From a bacterium (GTDB lineage Bacteria; SAR324; JACQKK01), in NCBI GenBank assembly GCA_965240465.1, contig OZ251219.1, positions 928,001-992,000 on the forward strand: a DNA stretch of 64,000 nucleotides, read 5' to 3'. Under the pieces are notes generated by a model. That model ran no database searches and had not been told where the DNA came from. It was given only the letters and a program-made list of their open reading frames with translations. The position numbers were made by a program, and so were the translations under genes. The stretch's first letter is position 1, and every line of letters starts with the position of its first letter. Of this stretch, positions 51,139 through 60,896 are shown in pieces.

Positions 51139-52431
51139 ATGCCTGCTGTTTTTCAGCCCGTAAGGGGCGTGCGCGATTTCTACCCCGAGGACTTGCGATT
51201 GCGGGACTGGTTGTTTGAGCGATGGCGTAGTGGGGGTAAGAAGTTCGGTTTTGTAGAATATGATGCCTGTGTACTAGAGCATGAGGATTTGTATCTGCGT
51301 AAGGCTGGGGAGGAGATAGCTGAGCAGATATATGGTTTCACCGACAAGGGGGGACGCAGGTTGTCCTTGCGTCCGGAGATGACCCCCAGTTTGGCACGTT
51401 TGGTGGTTCAGCGACAAGGAGCGTTATCATTTCCTTTGAAGTGGTTTTCGGTAGCTCAGTGTTTTCGTTATGAGCGGATGACTCGTGGTCGCCGGCGGGA
51501 GCATTATCAATGGAATGCGGACATTGTGGGAGAGTCCTCGCTGGTAGCAGAAGTTGAGATATTGGCACTATTGTTTAGTGTGTTGGCTGATCTGGGGCTA
51601 AGTCCTAAGCATGTACGGGTACATCTTAATCATCGCCAGTTAATGCGGGGTTTGCTACGAACGCTAGGTATTCTTGATATCAAGCATGCAGCAGTGCTAT
51701 CTGCGATAGACAAGCGTGATAAGGTAACCACCACTGAATTGACAAGTATGCTACACCTCCAAGGTCTTGATGAACGTTGTGGGCAATCCTTGTTGGAGGT
51801 GCTGAACAATAATGACCATCAACGCCTGTGCCAGATGGTGGCAGGTAAAGAAGAAGCGGCAGCCTTTAAGGAATTAGATTGGCTGATGGCTAGGCTGGCA
51901 GATATGGGATTTGCAGACTGGTGTCAGCTTGATTTGACGGTGGTACGGGGCTTGTCCTATTATACGGGTACCGTATTTGAAATACGCGATGCGAATGTCA
52001 GCTTGCGGGCTATTTGTGGTGGTGGTCGTTATGACAATTTATTGGAGACCGTAGGTGGAAAACCCATGTCCGCGGTGGGATTTGGCTTTGGCGACATAGT
52101 GATTATGGAATTACTGCAAGAACAAAAATTACTACCTGTGCTTACAAACCAACATGATTGTTTGGTGATTCCCTATTCTAAAGCCGAGCATGATGCTTGT
52201 TTTAGTATCAGCCAGAAATTGCGTCAGCGAGGTTTATCTACCTATGCAGAGCTTTCTGGTCGCAAGCTGCCTAGGTCTCTACAACTGGCAGAAGCCATAG
52301 GAGCTAAGTACGCCATCTTGCTGATGCCCGAAGAGCTAGCACGAGGAAGATTGATTATTAAGAATCTGGCTGAACGCCAAGAAACTCTGGTGGAAATGGA
52401 AGCTTTTCTGGCAGAGCCCAATTTGCAATAA
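51139..52431 (+). CDS. hisS: Histidine--tRNA ligase
   Basis: GVRDFYP, LRPEMTPS, FRYER, RGLSYYTG, GGGRYD. Confidence 0.96.
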   Translation: MPAVFQPVRGVRDFYPEDLRLRDWLFERWRSGGKKFGFVEYDACVLEHEDLYLRKAGEEIAEQIYGFTDKGGRRLSLRPEMTPSLARLVVQRQGALSFPLKWFSVAQCFRYERMTRGRRREHYQWNADIVGESSLVAEVEILALLFSVLADLGLSPKHVRVHLNHRQLMRGLLRTLGILDIKHAAVLSAIDKRDKVTTTELTSMLHLQGLDERCGQSLLEVLNNNDHQRLCQMVAGKEEAAAFKELDWLMARLADMGFADWCQLDLTVVRGLSYYTGTVFEIRDANVSLRAICGGGRYDNLLETVGGKPMSAVGFGFGDIVIMELLQEQKLLPVLTNQHDCLVIPYSKAEHDACFSISQKLRQRGLSTYAELSGRKLPRSLQLAEAIGAKYAILLMPEELARGRLIIKNLAERQETLVEMEAFLAEPNLQ

Positions 52432-52475
52432 CCTAAATCACGGGACTGGTGAACGTCAAAATGCCTGAGCTCGCC

Positions 52476-53258
52476 TTAATTTATCAAGGTTTTAGGCTCG
52501 GGGTCGGAGGTTGCCTGCCCCATTTTCATCAATGAGATAAGCTTTTCTAAGCGGGCTTTGATTGAAGGAGCCTCCAGTAGTCCCTGTTTCTCTGAGGGAT
52601 GGAAGGGCAATGACATGCTTAATCCGTTCACAATTATAGCTGGGGGTAGCTGGTCAAGCTGGTCAAATTGCATTTGCAGATTGTTCCATTCTGCAAATTC
52701 CTCCAGCTCTTTTAGGAGCTGCTTCAAATCCAGTTTGGCTTCCAATTCATAGCCATCTTGCATAAAAGAAGAAAAATTAACTTGCAAACGACGATAACCA
52801 TCCTTAGGAGGAATTTCCTTACTCACCGCAAAACGCCTTAATCCTTGTAAGGCTACTAAGTAATGTCCCTCTTTGGTTTCCTTTTTCTCGGCGATCCAGC
52901 CCAAACAGCCCACCCGATACAAAGGTTGCTCCAATGCTGTTGAATTTTCTTCCTCAATTGCAGTATCTCCCTCTTCTTCAAACATGTGAGAAATACCTCC
53001 TGGTTTTTCCTTTTCTCCTATTTTTCCTACCCCATGCAATGGCTGAATAACTCCAATGTAACCATCACCCTTGAGGGCATCACCGACCATATTGCAATAA
53101 CGATGCTCAAAAAAATGAAGCGGCAACCACATACCAGGCAACAAAAGTAGTCCGTTCAAGGGAAATACTGGAATCTCCTGAGGTAAATGTGTTTTGCTCA
53201 CATCTTCTTTATTTGCTTCCATATTAATAATTTTTGTCTTCCTATCCATTACAATCAA
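52476..53258 (-). CDS. LON peptidase substrate-binding domain protein
   Basis: IPVFPL..LLPG..LPLHFFEHRY, VGCLG, EKQGLLEA. Confidence 0.85.
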   Translation of the reverse strand: MIVMDRKTKIINMEANKEDVSKTHLPQEIPVFPLNGLLLLPGMWLPLHFFEHRYCNMVGDALKGDGYIGVIQPLHGVGKIGEKEKPGGISHMFEEEGDTAIEEENSTALEQPLYRVGCLGWIAEKKETKEGHYLVALQGLRRFAVSKEIPPKDGYRRLQVNFSSFMQDGYELEAKLDLKQLLKELEEFAEWNNLQMQFDQLDQLPPAIIVNGLSMSLPFHPSEKQGLLEAPSIKARLEKLISLMKMGQATSDPEPKTLIN

Positions 53259-53461
53259 CCTTGTCGCTTGTCACAAACCCAACTTACAAATAACCAGCCC
53301 TGCCGAGATTCAATTGGTCACGCCTAGAACCTCCACACCCCTGCTACCATTCTATCCAAATAACAAGAGTATGTCCAACCTAATTTATTGATCACATAGC
53401 TGTGATCATTAGTGCCTGATCTCTCATAAAGGATGCCATTAGACAATTCCCTGGTAATTTC

Positions 53462-53917
53462 TTATACTGCCAGCGTAAGTTCTACTTCTACCGCGGCATT
53501 GAGAGGTAAAGATGAACACCCTACTGCAGCTCTGGCATGGCGACCTTGATCACCCAATAAGGCAACTAGCAGATCAGAAGCACCATTGATAACCTTAGGA
53601 TGATCAGCAAAGCCTACCCCCGCATTGACAAATCCTCCTACTCGCAACACACGGTTAATCTTTCCTAAATCTCCTAAATAGGCTTGTGCTTGTGCCAGAC
53701 AATTCAATACACATAAACGTGCGGCTAGGATTCCTTCTTCCAAGCTTAACTGTACTCCTAGCTGTCCTTGAAAGCGAAGACCAGTCTCATCGGTAGGGAG
53801 CTGACCTGAAATCAGTAGCAAGTCACCATGTTGCACACAAGGTAGATAATTAGCCACTGGCGGTTTGACCTCTGGCAATGTTAAGCCTTGTTCTTTTAAT
53901 TTTGCTTCAATACTCAT
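53462..53917 (-). CDS. RidA/YjgF family protein
   Basis: PVANY, ISGQLP, NGASDLL, GRHARAAVG, LPLNAAVEVE. Confidence 0.92.
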   Translation of the reverse strand: MSIEAKLKEQGLTLPEVKPPVANYLPCVQHGDLLLISGQLPTDETGLRFQGQLGVQLSLEEGILAARLCVLNCLAQAQAYLGDLGKINRVLRVGGFVNAGVGFADHPKVINGASDLLVALLGDQGRHARAAVGCSSLPLNAAVEVELTLAV

Positions 53918-53996
53918 TATTTTTTCTTTAACTATGAATAAAAAATCGCCTTATAATATCTCTAAGACACCACAACGGATATGATACTCTGAGTAT

Positions 53997-54602
53997 ATGG
54001 CCATGCAAGTATTTTTGGACGTAGATGGGGTTCTGCTAGATCTTGAGGCCTCATTTGTACGCTTTTTGAATCAACATCAGGGATTCAACCTTCCCGAAGG
54101 ATATCGGGCTCGCACCTTTGATTTTGCTGAACTCACCCCCGCCCATAAAGTAGAAGCCAGTTGGAAAGCTTTTACTACCTCAGAAGACAGTGCTCAGATG
54201 CCCCCCTTGGTGCGATCAGATCACTTTAACGAGCAAACAATCGGCTGCTCAGTGCATTTGTTAACCAATTTTCCGGTCCCCCAAATGCATCATCGCTGGG
54301 CTAATTTAAGATTGCAGGGATTTTGCTATCAAGGGCTTCACTATTGCGGTTTGAAAAGTCACGAAACAGCCATCGCTCAGCCCAAATCTGCCATCATCAA
54401 GCAACTTCTCCAACCTGGGCAGGTAGCCATTTTTGTGGATGATGTCCCAGAAAACTGCTTAGATGTCGTTCAGTATTGCCCAGAAGTTGAGGTGTGGCTG
54501 ATGACCCATCCCTTTAATAAGACCTTCCACCACCAAGATGTACGCCGTGCTCTTGATTGGTCAATCTTGTTTCATCGTCTGCAACAACTACGGAAAAAAT
54601 AA
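53997..54602 (+). CDS. HAD-superfamily hydrolase (nucleotidase-like)
   Basis: FLDVDGVLLD motif I, LLTN, K, FVDD. Confidence 0.75.
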   Translation: MAMQVFLDVDGVLLDLEASFVRFLNQHQGFNLPEGYRARTFDFAELTPAHKVEASWKAFTTSEDSAQMPPLVRSDHFNEQTIGCSVHLLTNFPVPQMHHRWANLRLQGFCYQGLHYCGLKSHETAIAQPKSAIIKQLLQPGQVAIFVDDVPENCLDVVQYCPEVEVWLMTHPFNKTFHHQDVRRALDWSILFHRLQQLRKK

Positions 54603-54641
54603 GTCGTGCCAGCACGGTTTTCTCAGCTTAAATGCTCGGCC

Positions 54642-55433
54642 TCAAGATTTTTCAGGGGTGGCATCTGGAGTAGCAGACGAGGTAGCAGCAGGTGGGGTGG
54701 CAGCAGATTTGGGGTCAATTGCGGTAGGTTCTACCTTCTGTTCAGTTCCTGATGACACTGGGGATGGCTGAGCAACAGGTGCCTTATTTTCCTCAGGTGC
54801 AGAAGAAGGGACATTCAGGGTGTATTTGCTAACCTCCACCAGACCTCCATTGGGCCCAGGTACCGCCCCCCTTAGCAAGAGCAGATTTTTTTCTGGGCTT
54901 ACTTGCTCCACCCGCAAATTGTGCACGCTGACCCGCTCATGCCCCATATGACCAGGCATGCTCTTCCCCTTGAAAACCCGACCAGGATCAGTGTGACACC
55001 CGATAGACCCGGGCGTCCGATGAAATTGAGAACCATGAGAAGCCGGTCCACCAGAGAATCCATGTCGCTTTATTACCCCCTGAAAGCCTTTTCCCTTGGA
55101 GATGCCAGATATACGCACTTTTTCCCCCTCGGAAAAGGCTCGCACATCCCACTGCTGACCAGGACGGACCTGGGAGACATCAGCCACCGTAAATTCTTTC
55201 AAGTGTTTCATCGGAGTAAGCTCCTTGAAATGTCCCTTGGTAGGCTTGTTAGCTTGCTTGGGCTTAGCAAATGGCTGATAACCAACCTGAACGGCATCGT
55301 AACCATCCTTTTTCAAAGTTTTAACTTGCACTGCCACCACAGGACCCACCTCCAGCACGGTCACAGGCACACAGCGACCGTCCTCACGAAAGAGCCGCGT
55401 CATTCCTATTTTGCGTCCTAATAAGCCCTTCAT
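54642..55433 (-). CDS. rplC: 50S ribosomal protein L3 with low-complexity C-terminal extension
   Basis: GRKIGMT, DGYDAVQ, SKGKGFQGVIKRHGF, GRVFKGKSMPGHMG, GAVPG. Confidence 0.97.
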   Translation of the reverse strand: MKGLLGRKIGMTRLFREDGRCVPVTVLEVGPVVAVQVKTLKKDGYDAVQVGYQPFAKPKQANKPTKGHFKELTPMKHLKEFTVADVSQVRPGQQWDVRAFSEGEKVRISGISKGKGFQGVIKRHGFSGGPASHGSQFHRTPGSIGCHTDPGRVFKGKSMPGHMGHERVSVHNLRVEQVSPEKNLLLLRGAVPGPNGGLVEVSKYTLNVPSSAPEENKAPVAQPSPVSSGTEQKVEPTAIDPKSAATPPAATSSATPDATPEKS

Positions 55434-55473
55434 TGTAGTGAATCTTTCCTTAAAATATAAACCAGACCAGCAA

Positions 55474-55749
55474 CTATTTCCTCACCGCTACCAATTGCTT
55501 GAGTGCAATGCTTAAGCGAGATTTATAACGACCAGCAGTTTGCTTCTTCAGTACCCCTTTGGAAACCGATTTATCAATCATCTTTTGGGTAAGAGGGTAT
55601 GCAGCCTGTGCTTTTTCGGTCTCTTTTCCCGTCAGCAGGCTACGAAAATTAGTAATGCAACTACGTAAGGTAGAACGTAAATGACGATTACGCTTATTAC
55701 GGCGTTCAGTCTGACGAATACGCTTTAATGCCGATTTGTGTTGTGCCAT
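55474..55749 (-). CDS. rpsT: 30S ribosomal protein S20
   Basis: MAQHKSALKRIRQ, IDKSVSKGV, A.RYKSRL. Confidence 0.95.
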   Translation of the reverse strand: MAQHKSALKRIRQTERRNKRNRHLRSTLRSCITNFRSLLTGKETEKAQAAYPLTQKMIDKSVSKGVLKKQTAGRYKSRLSIALKQLVAVRK

Positions 55750-55991
55750 AAATTACAATCGCAAACGATAAACACTCTTCCCAAAACAAAAAGCCAGACC
55801 CAAGCACATAGACTAAGCCAAGCCAAACCCTCATTAGCTGATAAGCATGCCATGTTAATAACTGATTGTGCAATATTTTTAGAGGGAAACCATCGCAAAG
55901 GTACTAGAAGTTTATCACCCTAAGTTATGCCAGCACCAAAATCTCACCGCATGTGACTACTCTGGTATCGGCAGATCCAATTCCGCGAGTT

Positions 55992-56951
55992 TTATTCAGG
56001 CATCAGTTCGGTTTTATCAATCCAGTTGGGGCTTGATTTTACTTGCAGCTCTAAGTGTACCCGGCAGCCAAGATGTTTTTGCAGAGCTAGTCGGGCAGAT
56101 TTGCCTATTTTTGCGATCATTCTTCCTTTATGTCCTATCAGGATGGCTTTCTGTGAATCCCGTCTGGTGTAAATCTTGGCAGAGATCCACATCAATGAAC
56201 CTCTTTTCTCCCAGTGTTCTATCTGCACCGTTGTTTCATGAGGTAGCTCTTGGCTCACAAATCTTAGCAATTGTTCGCGTATCAGCTCTCCCAGCTGGAC
56301 ATGATCCGATTGAGAAATAACTTGCTCCTCAGGAAACCATCGCGGACCCACCGGCAAACAGGATACCAACTCTTTTTTTAACTCCTCCACCCCCTCCCCT
56401 GTGAGTGCAGATACCAAAAAAATCCGCTTTACAAATAGCAACAACTCTAATTCCTGTCGGCATTGCCTTAAATTCTCAGCACTAGCGGCGTCTATTTTAT
56501 TTATCACTCCCCAAACTACCCCCCCCCCAGTACGCAGGAGGTTCTCTATTGCTCGCTGTTCCTTTCCCGCAACTCTTAGGGGATCCGCCACCAAAAGATG
56601 ATGCTCCGTCCCGCAAGCTGCTTGCTGTCTCTCCCTGCTCATAAACATCTCCAGCCGATTACGGGACTCTAGTCGCATCCCCGGGGTATCCGTCAAAACC
56701 AACTGATAACCCTCCCCATTGCAAATACCCCACCGCCTTCTCCTAGTGGTGTGAGGATGTCGAGATACAATGGCTACTTTCTCTCCCACCAAACGATTGC
56801 ATAAACTAGACTTGCCAACATTAGGACGACCCAATACGGATACTATCCCAGAACAAAATTCCTTTTCTTGAGATTCTGAATTCTGCTTATCGCTTGAAAC
56901 TGACTGCTTAAAGGGTGCTTCTGACATTGTCTCACTGGGCGATTGTCTCAC
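55992..56951 (-). CDS. era: GTPase Era (start uncertain; ATG near 56927 likely)
   Basis: GRPNVGKSS, DTPG, NKID, SA, KH domain SQKAILIG. Confidence 0.95.
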   Translation of the reverse strand: MRQSPSETMSEAPFKQSVSSDKQNSESQEKEFCSGIVSVLGRPNVGKSSLCNRLVGEKVAIVSRHPHTTRRRRWGICNGEGYQLVLTDTPGMRLESRNRLEMFMSRERQQAACGTEHHLLVADPLRVAGKEQRAIENLLRTGGGVVWGVINKIDAASAENLRQCRQELELLLFVKRIFLVSALTGEGVEELKKELVSCLPVGPRWFPEEQVISQSDHVQLGELIREQLLRFVSQELPHETTVQIEHWEKRGSLMWISAKIYTRRDSQKAILIGHKGRMIAKIGKSARLALQKHLGCRVHLELQVKSSPNWIDKTELMPE

Positions 56952-57003
56952 TGGGCGATTGTCTCACTGGGCAATTGTCTCATTTGGCAATTGTCTTATT
57001 GGG
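56926..57003. repeat. 16-bp tandem repeat, about 5 copies degrading rightwards, over the era start
   Basis: ATTGTCTCACTGGGCG units. Confidence 0.88.
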
Positions 57004-57009
57004 TAGCCC

Positions 57010-57037
57010 TTGACATCCTGAGGCGTATCTTTATTAT
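57010..57037 (+). promoter_or_regulatory. Possible sigma70 promoter upstream of the selA leader
   Basis: TTGACA-16 nt-TATTAT. Confidence 0.4.
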
Positions 57038-57224
57038 CCATTTGGCAATGCCTTCAAAGATAGTCTAACATGACCTACTAAGCTATCGCATAGGGTGCAT
57101 GCCTTGAAAAATAATAAAGCCAGCCGAGCTGTTTAGGTATCCTGATCTCAAGAGCTAAATTGCCTCCTGCGGTTGAAAATTGTAGGATGGGGCAGGGGGG
57201 GGGGTTGGTTTAGTTGCTTGGTCA

Positions 57225-57410
57225 ATGGTGCTGAGATGGTGCTGAGATGGTGCTGAGATGGTGCTGAGATGGTGCTGAGATGGTGCTGAGATGGTGCTGA
57301 GATGGTGCTGAGATGGTGCTGAGATGGTGCTGAGATGGTGCTGAGATGGTGCTGAGATGGTGCTGAGATAGTACTTAGATGGTATGAGATAGCACTGAGA
57401 TAACACTGAA
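57225..57410. repeat. 11-bp tandem repeat x13 perfect (57225-57367) plus about 4 decayed copies, upstream of selA
   Basis: ATGGTGCTGAG units. Confidence 0.96.
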
Positions 57411-57441
57411 ATGCTCTCCATGAATAAGCCTAGGGCTACCA

Positions 57442-58944
57442 ATGGTTACTGCAATTAAGAGAGGCACAAGCAAAGCTGGCACAAGCTGCGATCAATCATT
57501 AGAAAGTCAGGTTAAGCTCTCGCCTTCTATGCTAGCGGTGTTGCCTTCGGTGCGGGAAGCGGAAGCGTATTTGGTTCAGCAAATTGGTGGGGAATCTGAG
57601 CAGATCAAGAGAATTCGTCCGCAGCTTGAGGTTGCCTTAGGGCAGTTAAGAGGTTCTCTGAGGCAAGATAAAGCGGTGGTTATTTCACGTCAGCAGATTT
57701 TGGAACAGCTGGCTTATAAGTTATCGTCGTCGCTGAGTGGACTGCGGGAGGTTATTAATGCTAGTGGAGTGGTGTTACACACCAATTTGGGTAGGGCTCC
57801 CTTGGGGAGTGAGTTATTTAGGCGTACTTTGGCGTGCTTATCGGGGGCTGTCAATTTGGAATATGACCTGCTGAAAGGCGAGCGTGGTTTTCGGGCTACG
57901 GGAGTGGAAGTTTTGCTAAGCCAGCTGGCTGGGGCTGAAGATGGGCTGGTATCTAATAACAATGCGGCGGCGGTTTTGCTCCTGCTGACTGCTTTAGCCT
58001 CTCAGGCTGAGGTGATAGTATCGCGAGGAGAGTTGGTGGAAATCGGGGGAGGGTTTCGGGTGCCTGAAATCATGCAGCAATCGGGGGTGAAGTTGGTGGA
58101 GGTAGGCACTACCAACCGTACTTGTCTAGGCGATTATGCCCAAGCGATTACTTCTCGTACTGTGGCATTACTGAAGGTGCATCGTTCTAATTTCACCATG
58201 GGCGGATTTGTGGAGGAAGTTCCCTTATCAGAGTTGGCTCGGCTGGCGAGTAAGCAGCGGGTTTCTTTGTGGTGCGATCAGGGCAGTGCCAGTTTTTACC
58301 GTTTTCGGCAGCCAGAGCTTAAGAAAATGGAAACCCCAATGGAGCTGCTGAAAATGGGAGTACAAGTACTCACCTTCAGTGCTGATAAATTGTTGGGTTC
58401 GGTGCAGGCGGGCTTGGTGGTAGGTGATAAAAAAAGCATTGCTCGGATGCGGGCACATCCGTTGTTTCGCAGTTTGCGTTGCGACAAGGTCAGGTTGGCA
58501 CTACTGGAGCAAACCCTGTTGGATAGCTTGTCCCCCAAGACCTTTCCCGAGAAAAATCCGACCACTGCTTTTTTGGAACGCACCCCAGATGAGCTACATT
58601 CCTTGGCAAAAGCCTTGTTGAACTTGCTAGGTCAGCTTGAGAAAAAAGGCTTACACTGCCAATTGCTCCAGACAGAAAGCTTGGTGGGAGCTGGTGCTGC
58701 CCCGGACATAAAACTTCCCAGTTTGGCGTTATCCCTAGTACTGAAAAACATGTCGGCAGATAAGCTCACGCAACGACTCCGCACTGCTCGGGTGCCGATC
58801 ATTGCTCGTCAGCAAAAAGGACAAGTATGGCTGGATATGCGTACTCTATCTGAGGCTCAATTACCCATCATCGCGGAAACCTTGACCAAGATCACCATGG
58901 ATTTTGCTCAATCCTTGACACCACCAGCAAAACTAAGCGACTAA
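57442..58944 (+). CDS. selA: L-seryl-tRNA(Sec) selenium transferase
   Basis: VINASGVVLHTNLGRAP, NNNAAAV, SRGELVEIGGGFR, EVGTTNRT, FSADKLLG. Confidence 0.96.
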   Translation: MVTAIKRGTSKAGTSCDQSLESQVKLSPSMLAVLPSVREAEAYLVQQIGGESEQIKRIRPQLEVALGQLRGSLRQDKAVVISRQQILEQLAYKLSSSLSGLREVINASGVVLHTNLGRAPLGSELFRRTLACLSGAVNLEYDLLKGERGFRATGVEVLLSQLAGAEDGLVSNNNAAAVLLLLTALASQAEVIVSRGELVEIGGGFRVPEIMQQSGVKLVEVGTTNRTCLGDYAQAITSRTVALLKVHRSNFTMGGFVEEVPLSELARLASKQRVSLWCDQGSASFYRFRQPELKKMETPMELLKMGVQVLTFSADKLLGSVQAGLVVGDKKSIARMRAHPLFRSLRCDKVRLALLEQTLLDSLSPKTFPEKNPTTAFLERTPDELHSLAKALLNLLGQLEKKGLHCQLLQTESLVGAGAAPDIKLPSLALSLVLKNMSADKLTQRLRTARVPIIARQQKGQVWLDMRTLSEAQLPIIAETLTKITMDFAQSLTPPAKLSD

Positions 58945-59960
58945 GATAACTCCTCCAGTAATTCCCAATAGTGCTTTAGTCGCCAATTTTCCAGATCGCC
59001 TTTTTCAGTAGCCTCACGCACCGCACAATTAGGCTCACCGCGATGCCAACAATCCTGAAAAGAGCACTGCCCCGCAAACTCACAAATCCCCGGATAGCAA
59101 AGCCTTAAATCAGCTGCCTTGATATCCTGATGTATAAATTCACGCATTCCGGGAGAATCAATTAAAAAGCCTCCTCCCTCCCGCAAGGGCAACAACTGAG
59201 ATGCACTGGTGGTATGACGACCACGTCCTCCAGATCCTACTTCTCCTACCCGACGCCGAACTCCACATAAAGCATTGCTAAGACTAGTCTTACCCGCTCC
59301 AGAAGGTCCCACTAAAATTGTGCAGCCTCCTTGTAGTAGCCTAGCTAATTCTGGCACTCCTTCTTCCTGTGTTATGACCGCTCTTAAAACTTGAAGCCCT
59401 AGTCGCCGATAAGGATTTGCTAATTCGTCAAATATACCTTGGGGGGTCAAATCTAATTTAGTCACGCATAACAAAGTTTGTAAATTTGCATGTCTGGCAG
59501 CAAGCCATAACCGGTCCACCAAGCGAGTAGAAAAAATCGGTGATGTAGCTGCGGCTACTATCAATACCCTCTCTATATTTGCTGCCAGCAATTGCGATTC
59601 AACTCGTCCATGATGACCCCCATGCTTAACCTTACCAACCCGACGGTGTAATTCACTTTTGCGAGGTAGCAGCTCTCTGACCAAACCTTTTTTACCCTCC
59701 CAAACCTCAAATTTGACTCGGTCTCCAACCACCAAAGTTTGTTTATTTAGGCCTCTTATTTTATCCCTATCACGCAGTCTGCCAACCAAGCGGCAAGTGT
59801 ACTCCTGATCGCTGTGCCATACCTTACACAATTCACCGTAACTGGATGATATCCATCCATCCCTTAGTTCCTTTTCGGCATGTTCTGCCAACTTCTCCTC
59901 CCCTTTTTTGGGATTATTCTCCATGCTACTCTGTCCAACAAAAATGTTCTTATCCACCAT
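58941..59960 (-). CDS. rsgA: Ribosome small subunit-dependent GTPase A
   Basis: VVGDRV, TKLD, GPSGAGKTS, GRHTT, DSPG, C..DC.H..EP.C. Confidence 0.95.
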   Translation of the reverse strand: MVDKNIFVGQSSMENNPKKGEEKLAEHAEKELRDGWISSSYGELCKVWHSDQEYTCRLVGRLRDRDKIRGLNKQTLVVGDRVKFEVWEGKKGLVRELLPRKSELHRRVGKVKHGGHHGRVESQLLAANIERVLIVAAATSPIFSTRLVDRLWLAARHANLQTLLCVTKLDLTPQGIFDELANPYRRLGLQVLRAVITQEEGVPELARLLQGGCTILVGPSGAGKTSLSNALCGVRRRVGEVGSGGRGRHTTSASQLLPLREGGGFLIDSPGMREFIHQDIKAADLRLCYPGICEFAGQCSFQDCWHRGEPNCAVREATEKGDLENWRLKHYWELLEELS

Positions 59961-60416
59961 GTGTCATTAGCACATTTCTTAATCGCTAGTCACTATAACC
60001 CTATATCTTACTGAAAAAATGATAAGATATATTCGCTCAATATATGCTAATTTAGATTAGTAAATAATCCTACACTAATGATAATAATGATAAGTTATAA
60101 CATTCATGAAATGAAGAACTATGCCCGCCTATGTTCTGCTTAAGGGGTGTTTTTGTTCCCTGCTGTAATTATAAGATTATTCATTTTATTCCTTGTATAT
60201 CAATAATTTATAAGATGGGTATCCTGTAAATCCGCTTTCCTAGCCGATCTGTATTTTTCTGCAAGTGGGAACAAAACATAGCCAAAAAATGAAAATCTCT
60301 TTAAGAACAAACGATAAGATATTTTTTATAAAAAACATCAAAATATGACTTGAAAATAAGAATATAATAGTGGCAGACTAAGTGCGATTGGATGTTACCT
60401 AAGGGCAGGGGTAGTA

Positions 60417-60666
60417 GGGGATGATAGGAGGGGGGATGATAGGAGGGGGGATGATAGGAGGGGGGATGATAGGAGGGGGGATGATAGGAGGGGGGATGGA
60501 AGGGTAGCAGGTAGGGGGGGAGATGACAGGGCGGGGGGATGATAGGAGGGGGGATGGAAGGGTAGCAGGTAGGGGGGGAGATGACAGGGCGGGGGGATGA
60601 TAGGAGGGGGGATGGAAGGGTAGCAGGTAGGGGGGGAGATGACAGGGCGGGGGGGATGATAGGAGG
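60417..60666. repeat. G-rich composite repeat: 15-bp units about x4 followed by about 58-bp units x3
   Basis: ATGATAGGAGGGGGG; ATGATAGGAGGGGGGATGGAAGGGTAGCAGGTAGGGGGGGAGATGACAGGGCGGGGGG. Confidence 0.92.
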
Positions 60667-60896
60667 CGGCAGGCAGGGAAGCCAAGCCGTCAAGATTTAG
60701 TAAGCGGATGTCGTCTGTGGAATACCAAGGAGGTAGCTCATAAGAGGAGCAAGAATGCCTGCGGCTGAAGATAGGCATCTAGGAGCGGTGGATGGGTACA
60801 TCCCCCGCGGAAAATTAGAGAGGGAGGAAGAGTAATGTGTGTTGACTGTTGGAAAATGTTTGTTAGTAGTTATTAGCCAAGTTTTTGTATTTATAG

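Noticed and set aside
57155-57442. 95-aa ORF (STISAPSQHHL repeats)
   Set aside because: Translation of the 11-bp array on its stop-free strand
14663-60666. CRISPR arrays
   Set aside because: All arrays are head-to-tail repeats without unique spacers, and no cas genes are present
60301-60778. Pro-rich minus-strand ORFs
   Set aside because: Complement of the G-rich repeat
59940-60890. Canonical oriC
   Set aside because: No cluster of TTATCCACA DnaA boxes seen, only isolated mismatched ones, and no dnaA or dnaN nearby
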